Source of the DNA: Candidatus Omnitrophota bacterium
Lineage (GTDB): Bacteria > Omnitrophota > Gorgyraeia > Zapsychrales > Fredricksoniimonadaceae
Assembly (NCBI GenBank): GCA_903944345.1
Contig: CAJARJ010000002.1
Coordinates: forward strand, 1,969 to 65,968
Length of the DNA: 64,000 bases
Direction: 5' to 3'
The position numbers and the translations under genes were made by a program. This document shows positions 56,789 through 64,000 of this stretch, piece after piece. The notes beneath the pieces were generated by a model. It searched no databases. It saw only the letters and a list, made by a program, of their open reading frames with translations, and had not been told where the DNA came from. Every line of letters begins with the position of its first letter. The first letter of the stretch is position 1.

Positions 56789-58106
56789 TGCGCCTGCCCC
56801 CTATGCCGTAATACTCAAACCCGAGATCGCCGACAGACTTCTCGTCGAGGAAGTTCCTCCCGTCGAAAATGACTGCCTGACGCATAAGCTCCCGAACCTT
56901 GGCCATATCAAGCCCCGAAAATTCCGTCCACTCGGTTAACAGGAGCAGGCAGTCCGCGCCCCGTGCCGCGGCATAAGGATCGGGGCAAAACTTTACATTG
57001 CGCAGCATTTTGGCAGCATTATCCATGGCCTGCGGATCATAGGCCTGGATCAGCGCCCCTTCCGCCTGCAGCGCCTCAATCACGTCCAGAGAGGCCGCAC
57101 GCCGCATATCGTCGGTGTCCGGCTTGAAAGCCAGACCCCAGACCGCCACAGTCTTGTCTTTGAGAATCCAAAGTTTGTCTTCGATCAGCCGGATAAAGCT
57201 CTGCTTCTGTTCTTCATTGACCTGGCGAACACTTTTAAGAATACTGAAATCGTAGCCGTTCTTCTCGGCCAGCCGGATAAAAGCATCAACATCCTTCGGG
57301 AAACAGCTGCCGCCATACCCGATCCCGGCATTAAGGAAGGATCGTCCGATCCGGCGGTCATAGCCCATCCCTTCGGCAACCTTGCCGACATCCGCCCCGA
57401 CCCGTTCACAGATCTGGGCAACGGAATTGATAAAAGAAATCTTGGTAGCCAGAAAAGAGTTGGAGGCATGCTTGATCATTTCCGCTGTAGCAACGTTCGT
57501 GACCACAATCTTGGTCTTGATCGGCTTGTATATCTCGCGTAAAAGACGTTCCGCCCGTTTGGACTCGACCCCGATCACGATCCGGTCAGGCTGCATGAAG
57601 TCGCTGATAGCCGAACCTTCCCGCAGAAATTCGGGATTGGACGCCACGTCAAACTCGACAGCGCCCTTTTTGTCTTTCCCCGACGAGGAAGGAAGATTCA
57701 AACGCACGGTCCGGGCAATACGGTCACCTGTCTGGGCAGGGACAGTCGACTTTTCCACCAGCAACTTGTAGGAATCCATGTTACGGGCCACTTCGCGCGC
57801 CACATTTTCAATATAAACCAGGTCGGCCTCACCGTTTTTCTTGGACGGAGTTCCAACCGCAATAAAAATGACCGAAGCCTTTTTAGCCGCCTCGGCAATC
57901 GAGGTACTGAAGGTCAGCCGGCTATTTTTCCGGTATTTCTCCAGCAGCTCTTCCAGTCCGGGTTCATAAATCGGCACATGCCCGGCCTTGAGCTGACGGA
58001 TTTTTTCCGCATTATTATCCACACAAACAACCGTGTGCCCGATGTGCGCAAGACACGCTCCGGTTACTAGCCCGACATATCCCGACCCGACAATAGCTAT
58101 ATCCAT
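56781..58106 (-). CDS. ugd: UDP-glucose 6-dehydrogenase
   Basis: MDIAIVGSGYVGLVTGACLA, GGSCFPKD catalytic Cys, ~440 aa. Confidence 0.85.
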   Translation of the reverse strand: MDIAIVGSGYVGLVTGACLAHIGHTVVCVDNNAEKIRQLKAGHVPIYEPGLEELLEKYRKNSRLTFSTSIAEAAKKASVIFIAVGTPSKKNGEADLVYIENVAREVARNMDSYKLLVEKSTVPAQTGDRIARTVRLNLPSSSGKDKKGAVEFDVASNPEFLREGSAISDFMQPDRIVIGVESKRAERLLREIYKPIKTKIVVTNVATAEMIKHASNSFLATKISFINSVAQICERVGADVGKVAEGMGYDRRIGRSFLNAGIGYGGSCFPKDVDAFIRLAEKNGYDFSILKSVRQVNEEQKQSFIRLIEDKLWILKDKTVAVWGLAFKPDTDDMRRAASLDVIEALQAEGALIQAYDPQAMDNAAKMLRNVKFCPDPYAAARGADCLLLLTEWTEFSGLDMAKVRELMRQAVIFDGRNFLDEKSVGDLGFEYYGIGGRRNA

Positions 58107-58121
58107 ATATTCCGTTCCTGT

Positions 58122-60257
58122 CTAGAATGCTGCGTTCTGATCAACCTTGCGCTTGTTATAACTCGTGCCGCCGTCAAACATAACCGACGGGAACGCCTTG
58201 AGTCGAAAAATAACCCATATCTCGGTAGAGTTGTCCGTATACCCCTGCTTGTCCTTGTAGGCCAACTCGACTTCCCAGGAATGCAGATCACGCACCAGCG
58301 AATACTGCTGATCCTGCCAGCTGCCGGAGTCAATATTCCAGCGGTCATAAATCACCGCCCGCCACTTGGGATTGAAAGTATATGCCAGCTGGGTCGTCAA
58401 AAGATCGTCATCGTCACGGGTAAAACGCCGGCCAATGTCCAGTTCCCAATTCTTGAGATTCCGGAAATAGGCATCAATGTTCATGGTTTCCATCGCGCGG
58501 CTTTCATCATCAAACGTCATGTCCTGATGCAGGGTCACATACGGACTGGGATAAACTTCATTCTGCCATTTCACCGGGCCAAATCCACCCCGGGAGGTTT
58601 CTCTCTCATGATTGTGCAGGCGAAAATCGCTGGTTAACAGCGAACGGGCAAGGTCGACGCTGCGTCCCTTGCGTTTGGTCTGCAAGGTATTGTCCAAGCC
58701 AAGGGAAATATCGTTGATCTGCGCCCGGCTATCTACCTCGTCAAAAGAAAAAAGCTTGGCTGACTCCAGGGTAGGATGCCGCTGGTACAAATACGATACC
58801 GTCGGAGTCACCACATGCCTGAGCTTGTTAACTTCAACCCCGAACCGGTCGAAATCGGCATCGAAGACCCGATAAAACTTCGTACTGACATCCATTCCCG
58901 TCCGGAAAATACCACGGACAGAATCATTATCGGCCTTGTCGATTGTCCGCGTAAAATAAGTCTGCTCGGTTCCGGCAAAGGGACGCATTTCCAGAAAAGA
59001 AAGCTTGAACGGCCGGGACAGCTCGGTATCGGAATCCATACGGACGGTTCGCTGGGAGACATCACTGGCCGAAGGATATTTTCTGATCAGACGGGAAGCC
59101 GTGTTCAGGCTTTTGAAATAAAACCCGGTATCGGCAATCGGCTGATTGCTCCAGCTAAGACTGCCCTCCGGAAGCCGTTCCACACCTTCCTCAAAACGGT
59201 TGGTGCGCACATCCGTACGCAATGCCGCCGTGACACGGTCGGCGTTGTGCGTCAATACCGCAAAACTGGCCGGAGACTTGTCTTCGCGGTATTCCCGTTC
59301 AAAATAAGTCTTGAGCACATCATTATCGGACATCTTGTAAAACTGCATGATCAGACCTGTCCTCGGATCAATGTCCAGCTTGTGCCGCCATTCCAGACGG
59401 TAACGCTCCCGTTCCACTGTCGCGAAATCCCTGGGCAGCCAGACGTGCTTGTCGTGAATCAGCCGTTCGTTCATATAATACGTCCTGACCAGGCCCTGGC
59501 CAAACCACATCGGATCATATTTGAGATCCACGCCCCAGGCAACATCGCGGCGTTCCCTGTAATCAAAATGATAGGTAGTCTCGGTACGACTGGTGGGACG
59601 CACACGGTAACGGGTCAACAAATAAGCACCAAAGTCCTTGGAATAACCGGGGATAACACTAAAATGCGGGCGATTGTCTCTCAAATCCTGGGTGTACCTG
59701 GGCAGATAAAGAACCGGCAGCGCTCCCAGATACATGGTCGAGGAGGTGGCCACCGCCTTATCACCCGGCCAGACCTCAATCCGGCGCGACTTGATCCGAT
59801 ACTCGGGATCATCATAATCGCTGGTTGACAGCCAGCCGTCCGAAAGCAGATAGTAGTTTTCCCCCACACGGGTGATGGAGGCCGCCTGACCGAAAACCGG
59901 ATAAGAAAAAATCCTGGCATTCGTGAATTCGCCACGTTTGGTGCCAAAATTATAAAAGGCTTTTTCTGCCCAGACACTACCCTTGTCGGATTCCAGCATC
60001 ACATCGCCATAAGCGTGCGCCTCCTTACGGTCACGATAAAATTCGACCCGATCACAAAAAAGCACCGCGCCGTCCTGATGCAGGACAACATTTCCGCTGG
60101 CCACAAACTTGCCTTCATCTGCCTGGAACTCGACCGAGTCACCGGTTAACTCAACCGGATTCGCGGGTTCGGCCAGAACCATCCCGCCGGAGGTAAGTGC
60201 GAACAAAAAAACAAGAACCAAACACAATCTTCCCGGCATCTTTGCGTTATTTGTCAT
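58122..60257 (-). CDS. lptD: LPS-assembly protein LptD (OstA/Imp)
   Basis: Signal peptide, N-terminal OstA-like beta-jellyroll (LTGDSVEFQADEGKFVASGNVVL...), large C-terminal beta-barrel. The start is either MTNNAK at 60257 or MPGRLC at 60239. Confidence 0.85.
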   Translation of the reverse strand: MTNNAKMPGRLCLVLVFLFALTSGGMVLAEPANPVELTGDSVEFQADEGKFVASGNVVLHQDGAVLFCDRVEFYRDRKEAHAYGDVMLESDKGSVWAEKAFYNFGTKRGEFTNARIFSYPVFGQAASITRVGENYYLLSDGWLSTSDYDDPEYRIKSRRIEVWPGDKAVATSSTMYLGALPVLYLPRYTQDLRDNRPHFSVIPGYSKDFGAYLLTRYRVRPTSRTETTYHFDYRERRDVAWGVDLKYDPMWFGQGLVRTYYMNERLIHDKHVWLPRDFATVERERYRLEWRHKLDIDPRTGLIMQFYKMSDNDVLKTYFEREYREDKSPASFAVLTHNADRVTAALRTDVRTNRFEEGVERLPEGSLSWSNQPIADTGFYFKSLNTASRLIRKYPSASDVSQRTVRMDSDTELSRPFKLSFLEMRPFAGTEQTYFTRTIDKADNDSVRGIFRTGMDVSTKFYRVFDADFDRFGVEVNKLRHVVTPTVSYLYQRHPTLESAKLFSFDEVDSRAQINDISLGLDNTLQTKRKGRSVDLARSLLTSDFRLHNHERETSRGGFGPVKWQNEVYPSPYVTLHQDMTFDDESRAMETMNIDAYFRNLKNWELDIGRRFTRDDDDLLTTQLAYTFNPKWRAVIYDRWNIDSGSWQDQQYSLVRDLHSWEVELAYKDKQGYTDNSTEIWVIFRLKAFPSVMFDGGTSYNKRKVDQNAAF

Positions 60258-61170
60258 GACAGACCAGAACCTTTGCGCCCACAAGACCGGCATCTGTCCC
60301 CAGACGCGCCCGGACAACTTTCACCATGCCGGCCTGGATCTTCATGCAGCGACGTTTGATGGTTTCTTCTATGGCCGGACGGATAAAATCAAAACTTCCG
60401 GCAACGCCCCCGCCAATAACGATCCTTGACGGATTAAGTATATTGATCGTCCCGACCAGACCTGTACCAACGCGGCCGCCGACCACGGCCCAGAAACCCA
60501 GGGCCTTTTTATTACCCTCGACCGCCAGCCGGTAGACGTCTTCCAGAGAAATATCTTTGCGCCCAAACGCGGCTGCCGCATTCTTCTGCAAACAACGATT
60601 GCCGACATACTGCTCGAAACAGCCCCAGCCACCACAACCGCAGGCCGGCCCCTCCTCATTGAGAGGCGCATGACCAATTTCGCCCGCCGCAAAACCCGGG
60701 CCACGATAAATTGCATTATTCAGAATTAATCCACCGCCGACGCCTGTTCCAAGAGTAATACAAACCAGATCATGCACACCGCGTCCGGCGCCGAATTTCC
60801 ATTCACCCAGCGTTATCATGTTGACATCGTTCTCCAGAACGACCTCCATGCGCAATTTACGCTGCAGGATTCTTCTGAGCGGAACATCCAGCCAGCCAGG
60901 AATATTCGGCAGTATCCGCACAATTCCCTTGTCTGCATCCACCAGCCCCGGCAATCCGACACCCACCCCGGCTACAGCGCTGCGATCAATGCCACGAGCC
61001 GCCATAAGCGCCTGCACAGCCTGAACCAACGCATCAATCAAAACTGCCGGCTGGCTGACATGAGCCCCGGTGGAAAAAGACGAGCGGGCGATAACCTTGC
61101 CTTTGACATTGACCACACCCAGCTTGACATTGGTTCCGCCGACATCAATACCGATGACATATTGAGACAT
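60247..61170 (-). CDS. ROK-family sugar kinase (glucokinase/N-acetylglucosamine kinase-like)
   Basis: VIGIDVGGTNVKLGVV and the ROK Zn motif HAPLNEEGPACGCGGWGCFE. Confidence 0.8.
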   Translation of the reverse strand: MSQYVIGIDVGGTNVKLGVVNVKGKVIARSSFSTGAHVSQPAVLIDALVQAVQALMAARGIDRSAVAGVGVGLPGLVDADKGIVRILPNIPGWLDVPLRRILQRKLRMEVVLENDVNMITLGEWKFGAGRGVHDLVCITLGTGVGGGLILNNAIYRGPGFAAGEIGHAPLNEEGPACGCGGWGCFEQYVGNRCLQKNAAAAFGRKDISLEDVYRLAVEGNKKALGFWAVVGGRVGTGLVGTINILNPSRIVIGGGVAGSFDFIRPAIEETIKRRCMKIQAGMVKVVRARLGTDAGLVGAKVLVCHDK

Positions 61171-61273
61171 AAATCGTTTCCGCATGAGAAGTTTGATTTC
61201 AGGATAAAATATTATTCTACACAAAAAAACCGCCGGTGCAACTGCTATCGGGCGTTAATTACAGGATCCGGGA

Positions 61274-62302
61274 TTAGGCCTCCAGTTGATAAATGCTAAA
61301 GCCCGCCACCTGATCCCGGCCTTTCTTCTTGGCTCGGTACAAAGCCCAATCAGCTTTATCCAGCAATTCATCAGGCTGACGGGCATCATCAGGAAAAGTG
61401 GCAGCCCCTATGCTGAGAGTCACCGTCAGCACAGCATCAAAAGCGCGTATCTTCGCCTCACGAACGGCCGAACGGATGCGCTCGGCTGTCAACATCGCAC
61501 CAGCCTTGTCGGTGTCCGGCAGAATGACACAAAATTCTTCTCCACCATAACGGCCGGCAATATCGATCTCTCGAATATTCTCATTAATCAAACGGGCTGT
61601 TTCTCTCAGGATAACATCTCCCGTCAGATGGCCATACCGGTCATTGACCTGCTTGAAATGATCCAGGTCAATCATGAGAAACGAAACAAACGATTGCCGC
61701 AACTGCGCACGCCCGAACTCTTCGGCAAAACGTTCCATAAAATGCCTCCGGGTATGCAGTTGAGTCAGGCCGTCAGTGATCGCCATTCTTTCCAGCTCGC
61801 TATAAAGACGAATCCGCTTGAGTGCCAGGGCAAACTGATGGGCCAGAATGACAAAGATTTCTTCATCCCCCTCGGGCAACCCCTTGTAAGCCAGTTCCCC
61901 CAAAACCTTGCGTTTGGCTTTGAGCGAAAAAAAACGGTATCCGTGGTATTTTTCCGGGGACGGCGAAGAAAGGCGCGGCACCGGCAGCATCCGGCAATCC
62001 TCAAACGAAGTCTGGCGCGCCAGATGAGCCCGGAAAGACTGGAAAGCCGCCGCCTCATCAAAGGTCCCGGTGACCTCCCGCGTAAATTCATAAAGCGTAA
62101 AAATACGGTTGGCCTCTTCTTGCAGGCGCTTTTTCTCCTGCGCCAGATCATCCTTGCGCTGAATGATGCCGAAATACGCCTCCTTGACTTTCATCACATC
62201 ATTATCCGCAGTTTCCTCCAGCTGAAGAACCACCACCTTGGCCAGATATACCACCAGAATAACAAAAGCAACAACCAGAACAAACATGAGATAGACATGC
62301 AT
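61274..62302 (-). CDS. Membrane-anchored diguanylate cyclase (GGDEF)
   Basis: N-terminal TM helix and a GGDEF domain with RYGGEEF active site. Confidence 0.8.
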   Translation of the reverse strand: MHVYLMFVLVVAFVILVVYLAKVVVLQLEETADNDVMKVKEAYFGIIQRKDDLAQEKKRLQEEANRIFTLYEFTREVTGTFDEAAAFQSFRAHLARQTSFEDCRMLPVPRLSSPSPEKYHGYRFFSLKAKRKVLGELAYKGLPEGDEEIFVILAHQFALALKRIRLYSELERMAITDGLTQLHTRRHFMERFAEEFGRAQLRQSFVSFLMIDLDHFKQVNDRYGHLTGDVILRETARLINENIREIDIAGRYGGEEFCVILPDTDKAGAMLTAERIRSAVREAKIRAFDAVLTVTLSIGAATFPDDARQPDELLDKADWALYRAKKKGRDQVAGFSIYQLEA

Positions 62303-62304
62303 GG

Positions 62305-63603
62305 CTATCCTCCCGCCGCACAAACCCGATTGCGCCCCTTGTTCTTGGCCATGTAAAGCGCGGCGTCAGCCTTGGCCACCAGATCATCCACGGCCCGGGC
62401 ATCCCCTGGAAAAGCCGCCACTCCGGCCGAGATGGTAATACGCGTCTTCTCCCGGCGCAAAGAAATGCTCTGGGATTCCACGGCCCGGACAAAAACCTGG
62501 GCCTGCGTCAAGGCTTCACGTAAAGAACATTCCGCAAGCAAAACGCAGAATTCTTCTCCTCCGTAACGGCAGATTATATTGCCTGGCTTGTCGAAATGCT
62601 TCTTGAGCAGTGCCGCCAGATGTTTAAGCAGGATATCTCCCGCCATATGGCCAAAGCGGTCGTTATACCCCTTGAAATGATCCAGATCCAGAAAAAGCAA
62701 AGACAGCATGCGATCAGTCCGCGTATGCCGCTGAACCTCTTCCTGACAACGCTCCAGAAAATATCTCTTTAGAAATAACCCCGTAAGCCCATCCCGAATC
62801 GCCAAATCTTCTACCCGGTCATAAAGCTGGGCATTCTCGAGGGCAACCGCGGCCGGATCTCCAATGGCCTTGAGAAAACGCAAATCTTCCTCATGAAAGC
62901 GATTAGGTAAAGGACTATCCACACGCAGAATCCCGACCGGAGTATTATGAACCATCAGCGGCACGCTTAAAAGCGAGCGAACCTGTCGAGTGTCCGCCTC
63001 CCTTTTGCCGGCATCAAAACGAAAATCGTTAAGAATATCTTCCAGCAGAAGCGGCTGCAGATTCTTGATCACCCAGCGATCAAAAACATCTCCGCGTTTG
63101 ACACGAATATTCAGCGGACGACCGCCGAGCTCGGCGCTGGCAATGGCCAGTTCCGCAGAATGCGGATCACACAAGTAAACAATAATCGCAGGCTCATCCG
63201 GGCCAAACAACAACGCCGTCTCCCGCGAAAGAACGTGCAGAGTATCATCCAGCGACAAGCACTCTCCCAGACGTTCGACAAAACCCTTCAAACGGGAATA
63301 GCCAAGAATTTTCTTGCGGAAAGCCTCAATCAGACCGGACTCCCGGTCCAGATCGGCCTTGAGCAGGTTGGTCTTTTCAAAAAACTCTTCCCGCTGCAGT
63401 TTGACCTGCGAATGCTTGCGCTTGAGCCTTTGGTAGAAAAAAAACAGGATAATAATGTTAACAGCGAAGGCCAGGGTCAGGAAAAGAAAAAATCGGGAAT
63501 CATACCGGGCCGCATAGACAAAGAAACTGACCAGCGGCAAAAGCAGACTGACAATAAAAGGAATATAGTTTCTAGATAATCGTTTTTTCAGTATCGGGAT
63601 CAA
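62305..63603 (-). CDS. Diguanylate cyclase with TM helices, GAF-like sensor and GGDEF domain
   Basis: Two N-terminal TM helices. GAF-like region (…LLSVPLMVHNTPVGILRVDS). GGDEF with RYGGEEF. Confidence 0.8.
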   Translation of the reverse strand: MIPILKKRLSRNYIPFIVSLLLPLVSFFVYAARYDSRFFLFLTLAFAVNIIILFFFYQRLKRKHSQVKLQREEFFEKTNLLKADLDRESGLIEAFRKKILGYSRLKGFVERLGECLSLDDTLHVLSRETALLFGPDEPAIIVYLCDPHSAELAIASAELGGRPLNIRVKRGDVFDRWVIKNLQPLLLEDILNDFRFDAGKREADTRQVRSLLSVPLMVHNTPVGILRVDSPLPNRFHEEDLRFLKAIGDPAAVALENAQLYDRVEDLAIRDGLTGLFLKRYFLERCQEEVQRHTRTDRMLSLLFLDLDHFKGYNDRFGHMAGDILLKHLAALLKKHFDKPGNIICRYGGEEFCVLLAECSLREALTQAQVFVRAVESQSISLRREKTRITISAGVAAFPGDARAVDDLVAKADAALYMAKNKGRNRVCAAGG

Positions 63604-64000
63604 AGAAGTGCACCTTGTTCATGTCGAAGACAACTTCCATGTCGCGATTGACTTCAGGCCGATTATGCGCCCCCACGCGGGCAATAAAGCCGTTCTTCCC
63701 GGAATTCAGGTACAAATAGACATCCGAACCCAACGGTTCAACAACTTCGCAGGTAACACGAATAGTGTTGTCCAAAGAGGCTTCGGAAACAAAAAGTTTG
63801 TCGTAAATATCTTCACTGCGAATACCAAAAATGACCGCACGGCCGGAATAAGGAGCAATCCGGTCAGACATCGAGTCCAGCAATCTGACCCGGAACTTGC
63901 CCTCATCAAAATAATACTTCTTGTCTTTCTTGAGGATCGTTCCGTTCATCAGATTGATCGGAGGTGTGCCGATAAAGCTGGCCACAAACTTGTTGGCAGG
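63572..64000 (-). CDS. Partial CDS: C-terminal part of MalK/UgpC/PotA-type ABC transporter ATPase (TOBE/transport-associated domain); N-terminus beyond window end
   Basis: Reading the minus-strand frame into the window edge gives ...ANKFVASFIGTPPINLMNG.... The C-terminal regulatory OB-fold is typical of importer ATPases. Confidence 0.65.
   Translation of the reverse strand, partial: PANKFVASFIGTPPINLMNGTILKKDKKYYFDEGKFRVRLLDSMSDRIAPYSGRAVIFGIRSEDIYDKLFVSEASLDNTIRVTCEVVEPLGSDVYLYLNSGKNGFIARVGAHNRPEVNRDMEVVFDMNKVHFFDPDTEKTII

Noticed and set aside
1-64000. Search for CRISPR arrays, rRNA/tRNA genes, IS elements/integrases
   Set aside because: I saw no regularly spaced direct repeats, no rRNA-like or cloverleaf-like conserved stretches, and no transposase or integrase-like ORFs. 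The paralogous surface-protein genes are the only large repeats.

Overview
Everything I can support in this 64 kb window is on the minus strand. The gene set points to a Gram-negative, probably Deltaproteobacteria/Desulfobacterota-like organism; this attribution is tentative.

Layout along the window:
- 1..4222: a tandem pair of paralogous large secreted proteins. The first (1..486) is a partial CDS that runs off the window edge.
- 4381..17963: a conserved outer-membrane and housekeeping block. It holds lpxI, lpxA, a fused lpxC/fabZ, lpxD, skp, bamA, dnaB, rplI, rpsR, ssb, rpsF, pth, rplY, prs and glmU.
- 18134..25085: a second tandem pair from the same paralog family.
- 25152..27656: a LemA-DUF2207 fusion protein.
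- 27745..33768: an apparent operon. In transcription order it reads PriA-like protein, fmt, dsbD, a thioredoxin-fold redoxin, then two small Cys-rich secreted proteins, ending at a terminator.
- 33775..60257: a large LPS/glycan biosynthesis locus. It contains GT2, GT4, GT9 and GT28 glycosyltransferases, GDP-heptose-type enzymes, two DegT aminotransferases, a carbamoyltransferase with SxtJ/SxtK-like partners, msbA, a small split TPP-enzyme pair, UXS, two nucleotide-sugar dehydrogenases and lptD.
- 60247..64000: a ROK kinase, two tandem GGDEF cyclases and a partial ABC ATPase.

I found no rRNA, tRNA, CRISPR array or mobile element.

The most novel signal is the four-member family of large signal-peptide proteins (1..486, 683..4222, 18134..20812, 20916..25085). 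They share a roughly 320 aa N-terminal domain and a short C-terminal motif, but have unrelated central regions. One centre is a long coiled coil. Another combines a CBM25-like module, a methyltransferase-like Rossmann motif and a kinase-like motif. I could not assign the shared N-domain to any family I know.

Secondary candidates are a PriA homolog with every catalytic helicase motif degenerate, and the operon of periplasmic Cys-rich mini-proteins with dsbD and a redoxin.
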